NCBI GenBank assembly: GCA_043743715.1
Contig: JAYTWK010000015.1
Location: 6,576-70,575 of the forward strand
DNA from: a bacterium
Lineage (GTDB): Bacteria; Patescibacteriota; Minisyncoccia; Phycocordibacterales; UBA6899
Direction of reading: 5' to 3'
DNA length: 64,000 nt
Part shown: positions 29,537-40,112 of the stretch, one piece after another
Layout of the letters: every line of letters begins with the position of its first letter
How positions within the stretch are numbered: the stretch's first letter is position 1
Made by a program: the position numbers and the translations under genes
The notes under the pieces: model-generated
What the model was told of the DNA's origin: nothing
Databases searched by the model: none
What the model saw: the letters and a program-made list of their open reading frames with translations, nothing else

Positions 29537-31006
29537 TCAGGAACGTTTAACCCAACGATGTTTCCTTCCCGGAACGGTATCTATCAAGCCGTGTACAACC
29601 AGTGAAATACGAGGGAGCGCTCGATCACCTAGGACAGAGTGGAGTTTCGCGTACTCGCTGTTGACGTGCGCTATGTTCTCGGCAATCTCTCTCGAAAGCT
29701 CGTCGACAAGCGCCTCGGAAGGCTTCTTGCTTTTTGCCAACTCAATAGTGACATCGAATTGCTGATCCATTTTCCCCGTATACGAAACGCTCATAGTGAA
29801 AAGTCCCGAGAGACGCGTCGCATACTTCGAATGTTCGAGCGCATACTTCAGGTTTTCATTATAGATGATTAACGCATAGAACGAGATAGCGAGGTCTTTG
29901 CGTCCAAACAAATAGATGAATGGCAATTGCCATTCATCGAGCGCGACACTTTTATCTTTGGCGAGCGATATGAGTGAAGTGTTACCGAGAATTTCGGCTG
30001 GCAAAATTCCGCCGTTGTCGCGAGTATTATAGCGAATCAAAGGAAGTCCTGCGTTTGCCGTGAGAACAATGGAATCTCCGGACACTACTTCAAAGTAGCG
30101 GGCCATGGGGTTGTATTGATAAAGCCCGGTTGCGCGGGTAAGGTCAGAGAAGTAGGGAGCATCGCCAGCGCATGCCTTAAGGTGACGACGCAAGAGTATG
30201 GACGCAGGGGTTTCGTGCGCAACAATTCCGGATTCAGCCATACCGTAAATATTTACCGAGCGGGAGAGCGGATCACTGTGTATCCCTGCAAGAGCAAAGA
30301 CACTATCTCTCCATGCTTCGCTTACCGCCTCGCCTGCAAAAAATAAACGCACATCCATATCTTTCCAGTTGATACCGTTCTCAGAGCCGTGATCAAGAAT
30401 ATCTTTGATGAATGGGGGGTAACCCGCGAGCACGACCCGCGAATACAGCGGCGCTAGTTTTTTAACCATATTGATTGTCTCGACTTTGTCGATACTCGGA
30501 GTGACGACGGTAATAGCGGTACCGTGCTCTGCTGCGAAGCGCACTGAGTTAAAGAATTCCATTCCGGCTATCCATGTCCCGAGCGAGAACGAATTCACAA
30601 AAAGTGTAGTGCCTTCATGTGCGCCAAAGATCTTTTCGTAGATAGGCTGGGTAATCTCGCCGATGATGAGATCCTGCGCTTCGCCACGTGGCCAAAAAAA
30701 AGGGACTCCCGTCGACCCTGAACTTTTTGAAACATAGGTTGCGCGAGTGAGTGTTCCGTCCCAGCTCAGCTCCTTGAGATCATATTGCGAAAAATAATTG
30801 ACCTTGTCAGTGAGTGGAACGCTGAGGAAATCCGATTCATTGCGGATGTCTTGATGTTTTATTCCTGCCTTTGTGAGGAAGTCTTTGTATGCAATTACGC
30901 GCTCTGCAGCCTCATGAAAGAGATGGAGTGCATTTGCAAATGCGGATTTTTCCGGTTGCCCGGTTGATTGTGTCATGCGGAGTTCTCTCTTTGGTGGGAA
31001 TTCCAT
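29537..31006 (-). CDS. PaaK / coenzyme-F390-synthetase-like adenylate-forming enzyme (ANL/GH3 superfamily); alternative start at 30976
   Basis: SKSSGSTGVPFFWPRG P-loop-like AMP-binding motif (compare the PaaK SSGTTGKP motif). Length and domain layout fit the PaaK/F390 synthetase family. Confidence 0.65.
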   Translation of the reverse strand: MEFPPKRELRMTQSTGQPEKSAFANALHLFHEAAERVIAYKDFLTKAGIKHQDIRNESDFLSVPLTDKVNYFSQYDLKELSWDGTLTRATYVSKSSGSTGVPFFWPRGEAQDLIIGEITQPIYEKIFGAHEGTTLFVNSFSLGTWIAGMEFFNSVRFAAEHGTAITVVTPSIDKVETINMVKKLAPLYSRVVLAGYPPFIKDILDHGSENGINWKDMDVRLFFAGEAVSEAWRDSVFALAGIHSDPLSRSVNIYGMAESGIVAHETPASILLRRHLKACAGDAPYFSDLTRATGLYQYNPMARYFEVVSGDSIVLTANAGLPLIRYNTRDNGGILPAEILGNTSLISLAKDKSVALDEWQLPFIYLFGRKDLAISFYALIIYNENLKYALEHSKYATRLSGLFTMSVSYTGKMDQQFDVTIELAKSKKPSEALVDELSREIAENIAHVNSEYAKLHSVLGDRALPRISLVVHGLIDTVPGRKHRWVKRS

Positions 31007-31054
31007 AGTGTTTTGTATAGAAAGCATTATACTAAATATACTTTCTCTATACCA

Positions 31055-32146
31055 ATGGTTATGTCCGATACGAGCAACACACAACCCCTTTCACAAACTT
31101 TTGTAAAAGAATTGATAGCCCGGGCGATACATGCACCGTCGGGTGATAATTCTCAACCGTGGCAGTTCTCTTTCGACGGCAATGCGGTAATTTTATCGAA
31201 TCTGCCCAACGCGGATGAAACACTCTACAATTTTCGTCAACGCGGATCATATGTCGCGCATGGTGCGGTGATAGAGAACTTGTCCCTCGTCGCGGGGGAG
31301 TCAGGCTATGACCTTGATATCCAGCTCTTTCCTCACATTCCCGGGGCAACTGCGAAGATATCATTTGTTCCAGGAACAAAAAGGGCCTCTGCGCTTACCC
31401 AAAAAATCGAGGAACGTGCGACGAACCGCAAGTCATATAAACAGACACCGTTTGAAAGCGGACACCGCAAGATCCTCGAGGATACGTTTGCTGGCAACAC
31501 CGGTGTACAGCTGAGATTCATTGAACAAAGAGAAGACATCGACACACTTGCAAAGACCGTAAGTCTCAACGAACAACTCCTGATGGAGAATCGTCCGCTG
31601 CATGATTTCCTCTTTAGTATCATCAGGTGGAATGCGGGAGAAGAGCGAAAGTTACCCGGACTATATCTCAAGACCATGGAGCTGCCTCCTCCGGTACAGA
31701 TCATGTTCCGTTTTGTACTCCGTCACTGGGGAGCTGTAGAAGCTCTGAATCACATCGGACTTTCCCGTTTTATTCCTAAACAAAGTGCACTGGTATACGC
31801 CGCCTCATCTGCGTTCGGCGCAATCATCTTGAGTGGAGATGCGAATGAAGACTTCGTTGCTGCTGGCAGGGCATTCCAGCGCATGTGGCTCACCGCGACT
31901 GGGGAGGGGATGAGCATACAGCCGACGACCGCACTGCCGTATCTCATGCAGCGGGTCACTGCGAATGAGGCTTCGGCATTCACACCCGAACACCGAGCGC
32001 TCATCAGTAAAGCTTACGGCAATATTTCGCGTACGTTCCATCTAGAGGGAAGAGAACATATCGCCATGCTGTTCCGCATTGGCTATGGAGATAAACCCAC
32101 CGCCGTTTCACTGAAGACCCGGCCGCCGTTCGCCGACTTCTCATAA
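31055..32146 (+). CDS. Nitroreductase-superfamily flavin dehydrogenase with a split or duplicated fold (SagB/McbC-like)
   Basis: APSGDNSQPWQF matches the nitroreductase signature (APS..N.QPW.F). A C-terminal second lobe (..QRMWLTATGEGMSIQP..) is present. At 363 aa it is larger than simple nitroreductases. Confidence 0.6.
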   Translation: MVMSDTSNTQPLSQTFVKELIARAIHAPSGDNSQPWQFSFDGNAVILSNLPNADETLYNFRQRGSYVAHGAVIENLSLVAGESGYDLDIQLFPHIPGATAKISFVPGTKRASALTQKIEERATNRKSYKQTPFESGHRKILEDTFAGNTGVQLRFIEQREDIDTLAKTVSLNEQLLMENRPLHDFLFSIIRWNAGEERKLPGLYLKTMELPPPVQIMFRFVLRHWGAVEALNHIGLSRFIPKQSALVYAASSAFGAIILSGDANEDFVAAGRAFQRMWLTATGEGMSIQPTTALPYLMQRVTANEASAFTPEHRALISKAYGNISRTFHLEGREHIAMLFRIGYGDKPTAVSLKTRPPFADFS

Positions 32147-32149
32147 GAC

Positions 32150-33838
32150 ATGAATGTACTCATTTCTCAATTGCATAGTTCTTCACTCGATCTGATTATT
32201 CTTTTGATTGCACTTGCGATCGATATATTCCTTGCATTCATCGTCTATCTCAGCAATACAAAAAGCGCCACCAACAAGGTGTTCTCACTCCTCACTCTCT
32301 TCATGATGTTCTGGCTCGTGACGACCTATGCGCCGAGGATACCTGAATTACTGCCATACTCACTCCTCCTGCACCGGCTAGGAATATTCTTTGCCGCAGC
32401 AATGAGTGCGCTTTTTTTCCTGCTTGCGCACACAATGCCGGAAGAAAAGATTCAGCTGAAGAAACCCTGGTCCATCGCGTTCTGGATGTCGACGCTCCTG
32501 ATGATGACCCTGAACCTCTCACCATATGCATTCGTCAGCAGCACTATGGTAGACGGAGTGAGCCAGCCTCAGCCGGGCATAGGATTCATTCCATTTGCAT
32601 TTTTTTCGACATTATTCAGCATCCTTACGGTGTATGTCCTAGTTCATAAATATCGGCACTCCTCGGGGCATATCAAGCGCCAGATATGGTTGGTACTTTC
32701 GGGAATAGTCATCATGCTTGCCCTGGTCATTGCGACCATTCTTATTCCAATCATGTTCTTTGACTCACTCCAGTTCCTCTCCTTTGCGCCGCTCTATACA
32801 CTAGTATTCCTCGGCATGACCGCCTATGCCATCACCAAGTACCAACTGTTTGATATCAAAGTACTTGTCACTCAGGCGCTGACGCTCATCCTCTGTCTGA
32901 TACTTTTTGCAAAATTCTTAGGCGAAGGAAACGTCAGCGGCCGCGCTGTCGACGGTCTTCTCCTGTTTGTTGTTTCTATTTTGGGTTTCTTTCTCGTAAA
33001 AAGTGTGCGGAAGGAAGTCGAAGCACGCATTGAGATTCGTTCACTCGCAGACGAGCTCGCAGCAACCAACGTACAGCTTGAAGTCTCAAACGAGCGACTG
33101 CGCATCCTTGATCAGCGCAAGAGTGAATTCGTTTCGATTGCGTCTCATCAGCTGCGTACGCCGGTGACCGCGATGAAAGGATATTCATCACTGTTGCTTG
33201 AAAACGCGTATGGAGCACTGCCGGAGAAGATGAAAGATCCGGTAGAAAAGATATTCCGTTCGTCGGACCGCCTGGCGCTCATGATCAACGACTTCCTGAA
33301 CGTATCGAAGATCGAGCAGGGGTCGATGACCTACGCCTTTGTACCTCTTGATCTTAAGAAGATGGTCATAGACCTCGTGCAAGACTTCCACATCGTGGCT
33401 GGAGAGAAGAAGCTTGATCTTGAAACCGACATTCCTGATGGCGAGAAATTCAATGTAGTCGCGGATGAAGGAAAGATCAGGCAGATTATCTCAAACCTCA
33501 TTGATAACTCTATCAAATACACTCCAAAGGGTAGCGTACGCCTTATCCTTGCGAAAGAGCCGACACACGGCGAGGACGGTATGATACTGCTCCAGATCAA
33601 AGACACCGGTATCGGACTCTCTCAAGATGACATCCACCATCTGTTCGGCAAATTTACCCGCGGGGCAGAGGGCTCGAAAGTGAATACTTCAGGCTCCGGC
33701 CTCGGCCTGTATGTGGCGAAGAAAATGATGGAAGAGCACAAGGGAAATATTTGGGTGGATTCAGAGGGGAAAGGGAAAGGCTCGGTGTTTTGCATAGAAC
33801 TACCTGAGTTTCACAACGAGCTACCGAAGACTCCGTAA
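32150..33838 (+). CDS. Sensor histidine kinase (7-TM N-terminal sensor, coiled coil, HisKA, HATPase_c)
   Basis: H-box SHQLRTPVTAMKGY. G-boxes GSGLGLYVAKKMMEEHKGNIWVDSEGKGKGSVF. Multiple N-terminal TM helices. No response regulator in the window. Confidence 0.85.
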   Translation: MNVLISQLHSSSLDLIILLIALAIDIFLAFIVYLSNTKSATNKVFSLLTLFMMFWLVTTYAPRIPELLPYSLLLHRLGIFFAAAMSALFFLLAHTMPEEKIQLKKPWSIAFWMSTLLMMTLNLSPYAFVSSTMVDGVSQPQPGIGFIPFAFFSTLFSILTVYVLVHKYRHSSGHIKRQIWLVLSGIVIMLALVIATILIPIMFFDSLQFLSFAPLYTLVFLGMTAYAITKYQLFDIKVLVTQALTLILCLILFAKFLGEGNVSGRAVDGLLLFVVSILGFFLVKSVRKEVEARIEIRSLADELAATNVQLEVSNERLRILDQRKSEFVSIASHQLRTPVTAMKGYSSLLLENAYGALPEKMKDPVEKIFRSSDRLALMINDFLNVSKIEQGSMTYAFVPLDLKKMVIDLVQDFHIVAGEKKLDLETDIPDGEKFNVVADEGKIRQIISNLIDNSIKYTPKGSVRLILAKEPTHGEDGMILLQIKDTGIGLSQDDIHHLFGKFTRGAEGSKVNTSGSGLGLYVAKKMMEEHKGNIWVDSEGKGKGSVFCIELPEFHNELPKTP

Positions 33839-33861
33839 CTCTGCTAAAATCGCTCTATTAT
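33833..33861 (+). repeat. Left copy of a 29-nt direct repeat (CCGTAACTCTGCTAAAATCGCTCTATTAT) flanking the AT-rich island
   Basis: 27 of 29 positions identical to 35968-35996. Confidence 0.7.
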
Positions 33862-33882
33862 CAAATATGCCCAAAAAAGAAT

Positions 33883-34308
33883 ATGGATCTCACCATTCAA
33901 CTTGAAGGAATAAAACTAAATATACGGGTTGCGATACTTATTAAAACAGCAAAGGGGTACCTCTTTGAGAAGGGAAACAAAGGTTATTTATTTACGCTTG
34001 GAGGAAGAGTAAAGATAGGTGAAACTTCATTTGAGGCAGCAAAAAGAGAGGTGTTCGAAGAAATTGCCTATGATATTAAGAACATCAAACTTATGGCGAT
34101 TGTTGAAAATTTTTTTGGTCCTCTTGATGCACGGGTACAGGAGATCTGTTTTGTGTATAGCCATGAGGGAACAGTCGATATCAAATTGCCAGCAGAATTT
34201 GTCGAATTAAAAACATCTGAACTTGCCGACCAGGATATCAGGCCTGAGGTTATGAAAAAGATCATCGCTGAATCAAAAGATGGGATCAATCACTACATTA
34301 TTAAATAA
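33883..34308 (+). CDS. NUDIX hydrolase
   Basis: Nudix box GGRVKIGETSFEAAKREVFEEIAY (Gx5Ex7REUxEExGU). Confidence 0.75.
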   Translation: MDLTIQLEGIKLNIRVAILIKTAKGYLFEKGNKGYLFTLGGRVKIGETSFEAAKREVFEEIAYDIKNIKLMAIVENFFGPLDARVQEICFVYSHEGTVDIKLPAEFVELKTSELADQDIRPEVMKKIIAESKDGINHYIIK

Positions 34309-34356
34309 CATGGTGATTCGTTTATAATTTCCCTACAACGTAAAATTTGAATTATA

Positions 34357-35235
34357 ATGGAAAATGCGAATGAAATGTTGTTTTCTAGGCACCTTGATGA
34401 AGTCGATGACCTGAAAACATACGGGCGAGACGCACCACTCGAAAGATCACCAGAAAATCACGAAAAATTAGAGAAGGCAACTGAAGCGATATATCAAAAA
34501 ATAGTTACTTCGGGTAAAAAAGCGGTACTCTTTATTACTTCTCCAAGAGTGAGGGCAACCGAAACCGCTGAACTGATCGCAATGGGATTAACGCAGAGAG
34601 ACCCTTCTCTCAAAATAAGATTTTCTTCAAATGAGGATTTGAAAGCGACTGAACAGGGAGAATTCGTGCTGCCTGATGATTACGAGCAAAATAATTTTTT
34701 TGTGGGCCTTGATATCGCATCTAAGATATTCACAAAAGAAGCTCACCTGTCGGATGAGCAAGGAATGGAGGATAATATCTCTTATCGATTTGGGGATCCA
34801 ATACAATTACCTGATGGTAGCTACAAATATCCCGAGCTAGTCGAACACTTCACTAAAACAGGCGAATCATATGCTGAGACTCTCTCACGCATTTTCAATT
34901 CTGTTCTTGAAATGAGTGGGAAGTACGACAAGCTTATGGAAGCAACGGAAGTCGTGATCGTTGCACATGGTCAAATTTATCACGTACTAAGAGGGCTGTC
35001 AGAGATTCATCGAATGATCAAAGATGGTGAGATCGAATTCAAAAAAGGCGACTCAATGAAACTTATATGGAAAATCTATAATGATTGTGATCCAAGTCAA
35101 AAAGTAACAGGAATATGTATGCCATTAGATTTTAATGCACTAAATGACCCTGCTGCCATGTCTTTGCTTGAGGGAGAAAGAGAGATATTACAAGGAGCCA
35201 CTGATTCTGATAGCCATGGACATCGAAAAACTTAG
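34357..35235 (+). CDS. Histidine-phosphatase (phosphoglycerate-mutase-like) superfamily protein, tentative
   Basis: ...ITSPRVRATETAE... and ...VVIVAHGQI... resemble the SixA/PGM branch motifs. The N-terminal RHG motif is degenerate (SRHLDE). Confidence 0.35.
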   Translation: MENANEMLFSRHLDEVDDLKTYGRDAPLERSPENHEKLEKATEAIYQKIVTSGKKAVLFITSPRVRATETAELIAMGLTQRDPSLKIRFSSNEDLKATEQGEFVLPDDYEQNNFFVGLDIASKIFTKEAHLSDEQGMEDNISYRFGDPIQLPDGSYKYPELVEHFTKTGESYAETLSRIFNSVLEMSGKYDKLMEATEVVIVAHGQIYHVLRGLSEIHRMIKDGEIEFKKGDSMKLIWKIYNDCDPSQKVTGICMPLDFNALNDPAAMSLLEGEREILQGATDSDSHGHRKT

Positions 35236-35908
35236 CCGCGAGATACCACTCTTAGGCTGCAGCGAAAATATAAAGTGCTTTTTATTATATGGTTCTTTGC
35301 TTAATAAAAACCTAGGTGACAAAAAAGACTCTGACATCATAGTTGTACTCAAAGACATGGGGGCAGATCAAAAGGAATTGGCTGATTTTATTTATAATAA
35401 TCTTCCAAATCCTGATCTTCATGTGTATTCCTCAGAAGAAGTTGAGAGTGATCTTGCATTTTATACCAGAGAATATATCCTCGAATACCTTTCAAAAGGA
35501 TATGTTTTGTATGGCGAGAACGTATTCAAGAAAAAATTCAGTCAGGTGGCAAAAAAACAATACTGTGAAAGTATTCTTATCAGATCATTTGCGCATGTAC
35601 AAATGGTCAGAAAGACATATTTTAATACCAATCACAATCTTGAATATAAATCATCTTATACTAAAAAATACATCATTAGATTATCGAAGAATATACTTCT
35701 TTTTAAGGGCCTCGAGACTTACGATAAGCTGGACATCTTGTCAGATGAACAGGTGGTGGAAATCATCCAAAAAAATGATTTACTCGATGCGGGGTATCGC
35801 TTTAATGATAATACTCAGCCACTTGAATATTTCTTTAGATTATTTTGCGATCTTGGGCATAACTTGATAGATTTTCAAAATGAATTCGCTAAAGAACAAA
35901 AAGCCTGA
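35216..35908 (+). CDS. Nucleotidyltransferase-domain protein (KNTase-like: N-terminal minimal NTase plus a C-terminal helical domain)
   Basis: LLYGSLLNKNLGDKKDSDIIVVL matches the GS...D.D NTase motif. The start was reassigned to the ATG at 35216. Confidence 0.5.
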   Translation: MDIEKLSREIPLLGCSENIKCFLLYGSLLNKNLGDKKDSDIIVVLKDMGADQKELADFIYNNLPNPDLHVYSSEEVESDLAFYTREYILEYLSKGYVLYGENVFKKKFSQVAKKQYCESILIRSFAHVQMVRKTYFNTNHNLEYKSSYTKKYIIRLSKNILLFKGLETYDKLDILSDEQVVEIIQKNDLLDAGYRFNDNTQPLEYFFRLFCDLGHNLIDFQNEFAKEQKA

Positions 35909-35967
35909 TTTTTCGTGTCTGCCCGATATGACATACGTTTGTAATTGCTGCGTCCTACCAAATACCC

Positions 35968-37055
<1,088 letters not shown>

Positions 37056-37071
37056 TGTCACTCCCACAACC

Positions 37072-38013
37072 ATGCACCCGATATCTGTGAAAGGACTGCT
37101 GTCGGTGTATCTATTTCTGCCTCTCGTCCTACTGTTCATATTCTGCGACCACTTCTTCTTCCATGGTGCAGGAAAGCATATCCTACCGCGTCACCCGGAG
37201 ACACTGCTTTGGTACACACTCCTATTTAATCTGCCGCATATCTTCACCAGCTTCTTCAGCTTCGCCGACAGGGAATATCTCGCATTCTATAAATGGCAGC
37301 TTCTCATCGGGCTTCCGCTCATCACGCTCCTTGCATTTCTTCTTCCGTCATTTGACCTCATCTCGACCGTATTCATGCTCGTCCTCTACACGCTGTACCA
37401 CAATGTGTCGCAGCAGACCGGCGTCACAATGTCGCTGATGCGTTATAAGAGTCTCGCAGTAGAGGCATGGCGATGGGTGAATATTGTCCTTGGGCTCTAT
37501 TTATATTTTCTTATCTATCCTCCCGTCGCAATACCGATACTGCAGATATATGCGACACCTATACTTCTCATGCTGTTTACGGCATCACTCTTCCTCACGC
37601 TTTCATTTCTGCGCCACAGCAAGACAATGGAAGGAAAACTCTATGCGCTCGGGACCGCCGGCATTGCAGGCATCGGCATCATCTCATTCTTCACCGGCTA
37701 TCCGTTCTTCATCGCGACGTCACTGCGCGTCGTTCACGACATCACTGCATTCATCTTCTATATCACTCATGACATGAACCGCAATCGCGAGCGCATGTAT
37801 AATTTTATTTACGCTGCGCTCCTTCCGAGCACAAAGCTCTTTATTGTCGGCATCCCACTGTATGCGATATTTTTTACATTCATCGCACAACAGGGCGGCC
37901 CTAGCCTGGTACTTCAGGCATTCTTTCTCATCTCGGTGACACATTTCTATATCGAGGGTTTCATGTGGAAAAACGGCTCTATCCATAGGCGTGAAATAGC
38001 TTTTCAGTTCTGA
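37072..38013 (+). CDS. Polytopic integral membrane protein, hypothetical
   Basis: Roughly 8 hydrophobic helices. No family assignment. Confidence 0.45.
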   Translation: MHPISVKGLLSVYLFLPLVLLFIFCDHFFFHGAGKHILPRHPETLLWYTLLFNLPHIFTSFFSFADREYLAFYKWQLLIGLPLITLLAFLLPSFDLISTVFMLVLYTLYHNVSQQTGVTMSLMRYKSLAVEAWRWVNIVLGLYLYFLIYPPVAIPILQIYATPILLMLFTASLFLTLSFLRHSKTMEGKLYALGTAGIAGIGIISFFTGYPFFIATSLRVVHDITAFIFYITHDMNRNRERMYNFIYAALLPSTKLFIVGIPLYAIFFTFIAQQGGPSLVLQAFFLISVTHFYIEGFMWKNGSIHRREIAFQF

Positions 38014-38049
38014 CTTTGAGGTATTCTTGTATTTTTTTACGTCTTCGCT

Positions 38050-38530
38050 ATACTCATAAGACCTAGGGATTTGGATGAAATACGAGGCAGGGAGAAAGCG
38101 ACGAGGAAGACATATTCCTATATGTTGACCGAGTTGCAGAGGCTCCCTAACAAAGTAGTTCGCCAAATACGTAGGTCTTACGCCTATGACCCGGCAAACA
38201 CCGGAGAGGGTGAGGGAAGAACACCTGATACGTTTCGGGTTAGTAGAGCTCTCCGGAACTGCTCCGACAAGCAGATAATCAAGTTAGCATGCTCTTTAAA
38301 AAACCTATACCCATCTAATCCAAAAATTTCGACTACGACTTTTTGAAAAATGTTCGACATATCTTGATAAGACTCACATTTTTCAATTCGTCTCGTCAGA
38401 AATTTTAGAATTATCTAGGTAAGAGTTTTTTAAGAACATACTTAAACCAGGGTGGCACCGCGACGAAGGAATATTTCCTAGACGCCCCTGCGAATTTATT
38501 CACATGAATGAATTTGGAGGGGCGTTTTTG
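38050..38530 (+). promoter_or_regulatory. T-box riboswitch leader for aspS: stem-I-like hairpin with a GAC (Asp) specifier, a canonical T-box sequence and a terminator
   Basis: AACCAGGGTGGCACCGCG at 38445-38462 matches the T-box consensus AAUUAGGGUGGNACCGCG. The variable N is C, which fits discriminator G73 of tRNA-Asp. Terminator hairpin gacgcccct...aggggcg plus a T-run at 38481-38530. Upstream extended hairpin at 38050-38167 has a GAC in an internal loop. Confidence 0.75.
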
Positions 38531-38560
38531 TTACCCAAATACAAGTTAAATATAAAAGAT

Positions 38561-39952
38561 ATGACAAGAACACACATTAAAGATCTGAAGGCGCATATCG
38601 GCGAAGAAGTAACTCTCAAGGGTTGGGTCGATATCCGCCGCGACCAGGGTAAACTCATCTTCATCGACTTCCGTGACATGACAGGCAAGGTGCAGATGGT
38701 CGCGCTACCAATGCACAAAGAGGCCATAGAAGCGGCGAATACCGTACGCCCCGAGTGGGTACTCGAAGTGCAGGGCAAAGTGAATGCTCGCCCAGAGAAG
38801 AATGTGAAAGCGGACGAAGAGAACGGCTCACTCGAAATAGAAGTGCTCGGAATTTCCGTACTTAGCAAAGCGGAGACGCCGCCCCTTGATGTGCGCAGCG
38901 ACGGTATGGAAATAGGTGAAGACGTACGCCTCAAGTACCGCTACCTCGACCTGCGTCGTCCGCGTATGCAGAAGAATATTCGCATGCGACACGACATCGA
39001 ACTCTTCGTACGCAACTTCCTCTCAAATGAAATGTTCACCGAGATAGAGACTCCGCTCTTGTCGAAGTCGACACCTGAAGGATCACGTGATTACTTGGTA
39101 CCAAGCCGTCTTGAGCAAGGCAAGTTCTATGCGCTGCCACAGTCTCCGCAGCAGTATAAGCAGCTGCTGATGGTCGCGGGGTTCGAGCGTTACTTCCAGT
39201 TTGCTCGCTGCATGCGCGACGAGGACACTCGCGGTGATCGTCAACCGGAATTCACCCAACTTGATATGGAAATGAGTTTTGTGGAGAGGGAAGATGTCAT
39301 GGCGCAGAATGAGAAACTGCTGATAGAGCTGGTTCAGAAAGTCGCTCCACATAAAAAGATCCAGCAGATTCCTTTCCCGCGCATGACCTACGCCGAGGCG
39401 ATGGAGAAACACGGAAACGACAAACCCGATATTCGCACCGACAAGAATGATTCTGACCTCTTGGCATTCTGCTGGGTAATTGATTTTCCGTTTTTCGAGA
39501 AAACCGATAAGGGCGGCTGGACCTTTACCCACAATCCTTTTTCTGCCGCAAAACCCGAGCACACTGACATGCTGATGAACAAAGAAAAGATTGGTGATAT
39601 TCTCACTACTCAGTACGATGTAGCGCTGAACGGTTTCGAAATTGGTGGCGGAAGCATCCGCAACCACACACCAGAGGGACTCACCAAGGTATTCGAGATT
39701 ATGGGTCACACTTCTGAAAGTATTAGTGCAAACTTCGGGCACATGCTCGAAGCATTCTCATATGGAGCGCCTCCGCACGGCGGTATTGCCTGGGGACTCG
39801 ACCGCTTGATTGCCATACTACAGAATGAGCCGAATATCCGCGAGGTCATCGCATTTGCCAAGACCGGCGAAGGCAAGGACCTGATGATGGCCGCCCCTTC
39901 GGAAGCATCAGCAGAGCAATTGGTTGAACTCGGCCTGCGAATCGTAAAATAA
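38561..39952 (+). CDS. aspS: Aspartyl-tRNA synthetase (short, archaeal/eukaryal-type). The tracked ORF start at 38504 lies inside the T-box terminator, so the start was reassigned to the ATG at 38561
   Basis: OB-fold N-domain. Class II motifs (FYALPQSPQQYKQLLMV..FERYFQFARCMRDED...QLDMEMSF; GGGSIRNH). Confidence 0.85.
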   Translation: MTRTHIKDLKAHIGEEVTLKGWVDIRRDQGKLIFIDFRDMTGKVQMVALPMHKEAIEAANTVRPEWVLEVQGKVNARPEKNVKADEENGSLEIEVLGISVLSKAETPPLDVRSDGMEIGEDVRLKYRYLDLRRPRMQKNIRMRHDIELFVRNFLSNEMFTEIETPLLSKSTPEGSRDYLVPSRLEQGKFYALPQSPQQYKQLLMVAGFERYFQFARCMRDEDTRGDRQPEFTQLDMEMSFVEREDVMAQNEKLLIELVQKVAPHKKIQQIPFPRMTYAEAMEKHGNDKPDIRTDKNDSDLLAFCWVIDFPFFEKTDKGGWTFTHNPFSAAKPEHTDMLMNKEKIGDILTTQYDVALNGFEIGGGSIRNHTPEGLTKVFEIMGHTSESISANFGHMLEAFSYGAPPHGGIAWGLDRLIAILQNEPNIREVIAFAKTGEGKDLMMAAPSEASAEQLVELGLRIVK

Positions 39953-40112
39953 GAGTTGAATTTCATTCAACTCTTGCAACGCCATCGCTCGGCTAAAGAG
40001 CAATAGAACATTGTTCTTTTCCTCGCTTGACGTAGTAACCTTTATTTTCAAGTTATCCACAAAAACCGCTCTAGAGAACGGTTTTTGGGTTTTTCCGTGA
40101 TAGAATTGACTC

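Noticed and set aside
31059-31379. 106-aa minus-strand ORF overlapping the nitroreductase-like gene start, considered as a possible precursor peptide
   Set aside because: It overlaps the divergent promoter region and the conserved APSGDNSQPW-encoding segment on the opposite strand, and its translation has no leader or core features. It is most likely spurious.
35343-35867. 174-aa alternative-frame ORF inside the nucleotidyltransferase gene
   Set aside because: It is out of frame with the conserved NTase motif and is hydrophobic and low-complexity, an artefact of the AT-rich island.
38065-38120. Short peptide ORFs within the stem-I-like RNA copies (MKYEAGRKRRGRHIPIC; MKYEAWRK)
   Set aside because: The two copies encode different, prematurely terminated peptides, while the nucleotide changes are compensatory in helices, which indicates RNA-level selection.
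38504-38560. ORF-track start for aspS (MNEFGGAFLLPKYK...)
   Set aside because: This ATG lies in the loop of the T-box terminator hairpin. The conserved AspRS N-domain aligns from the ATG at 38561.
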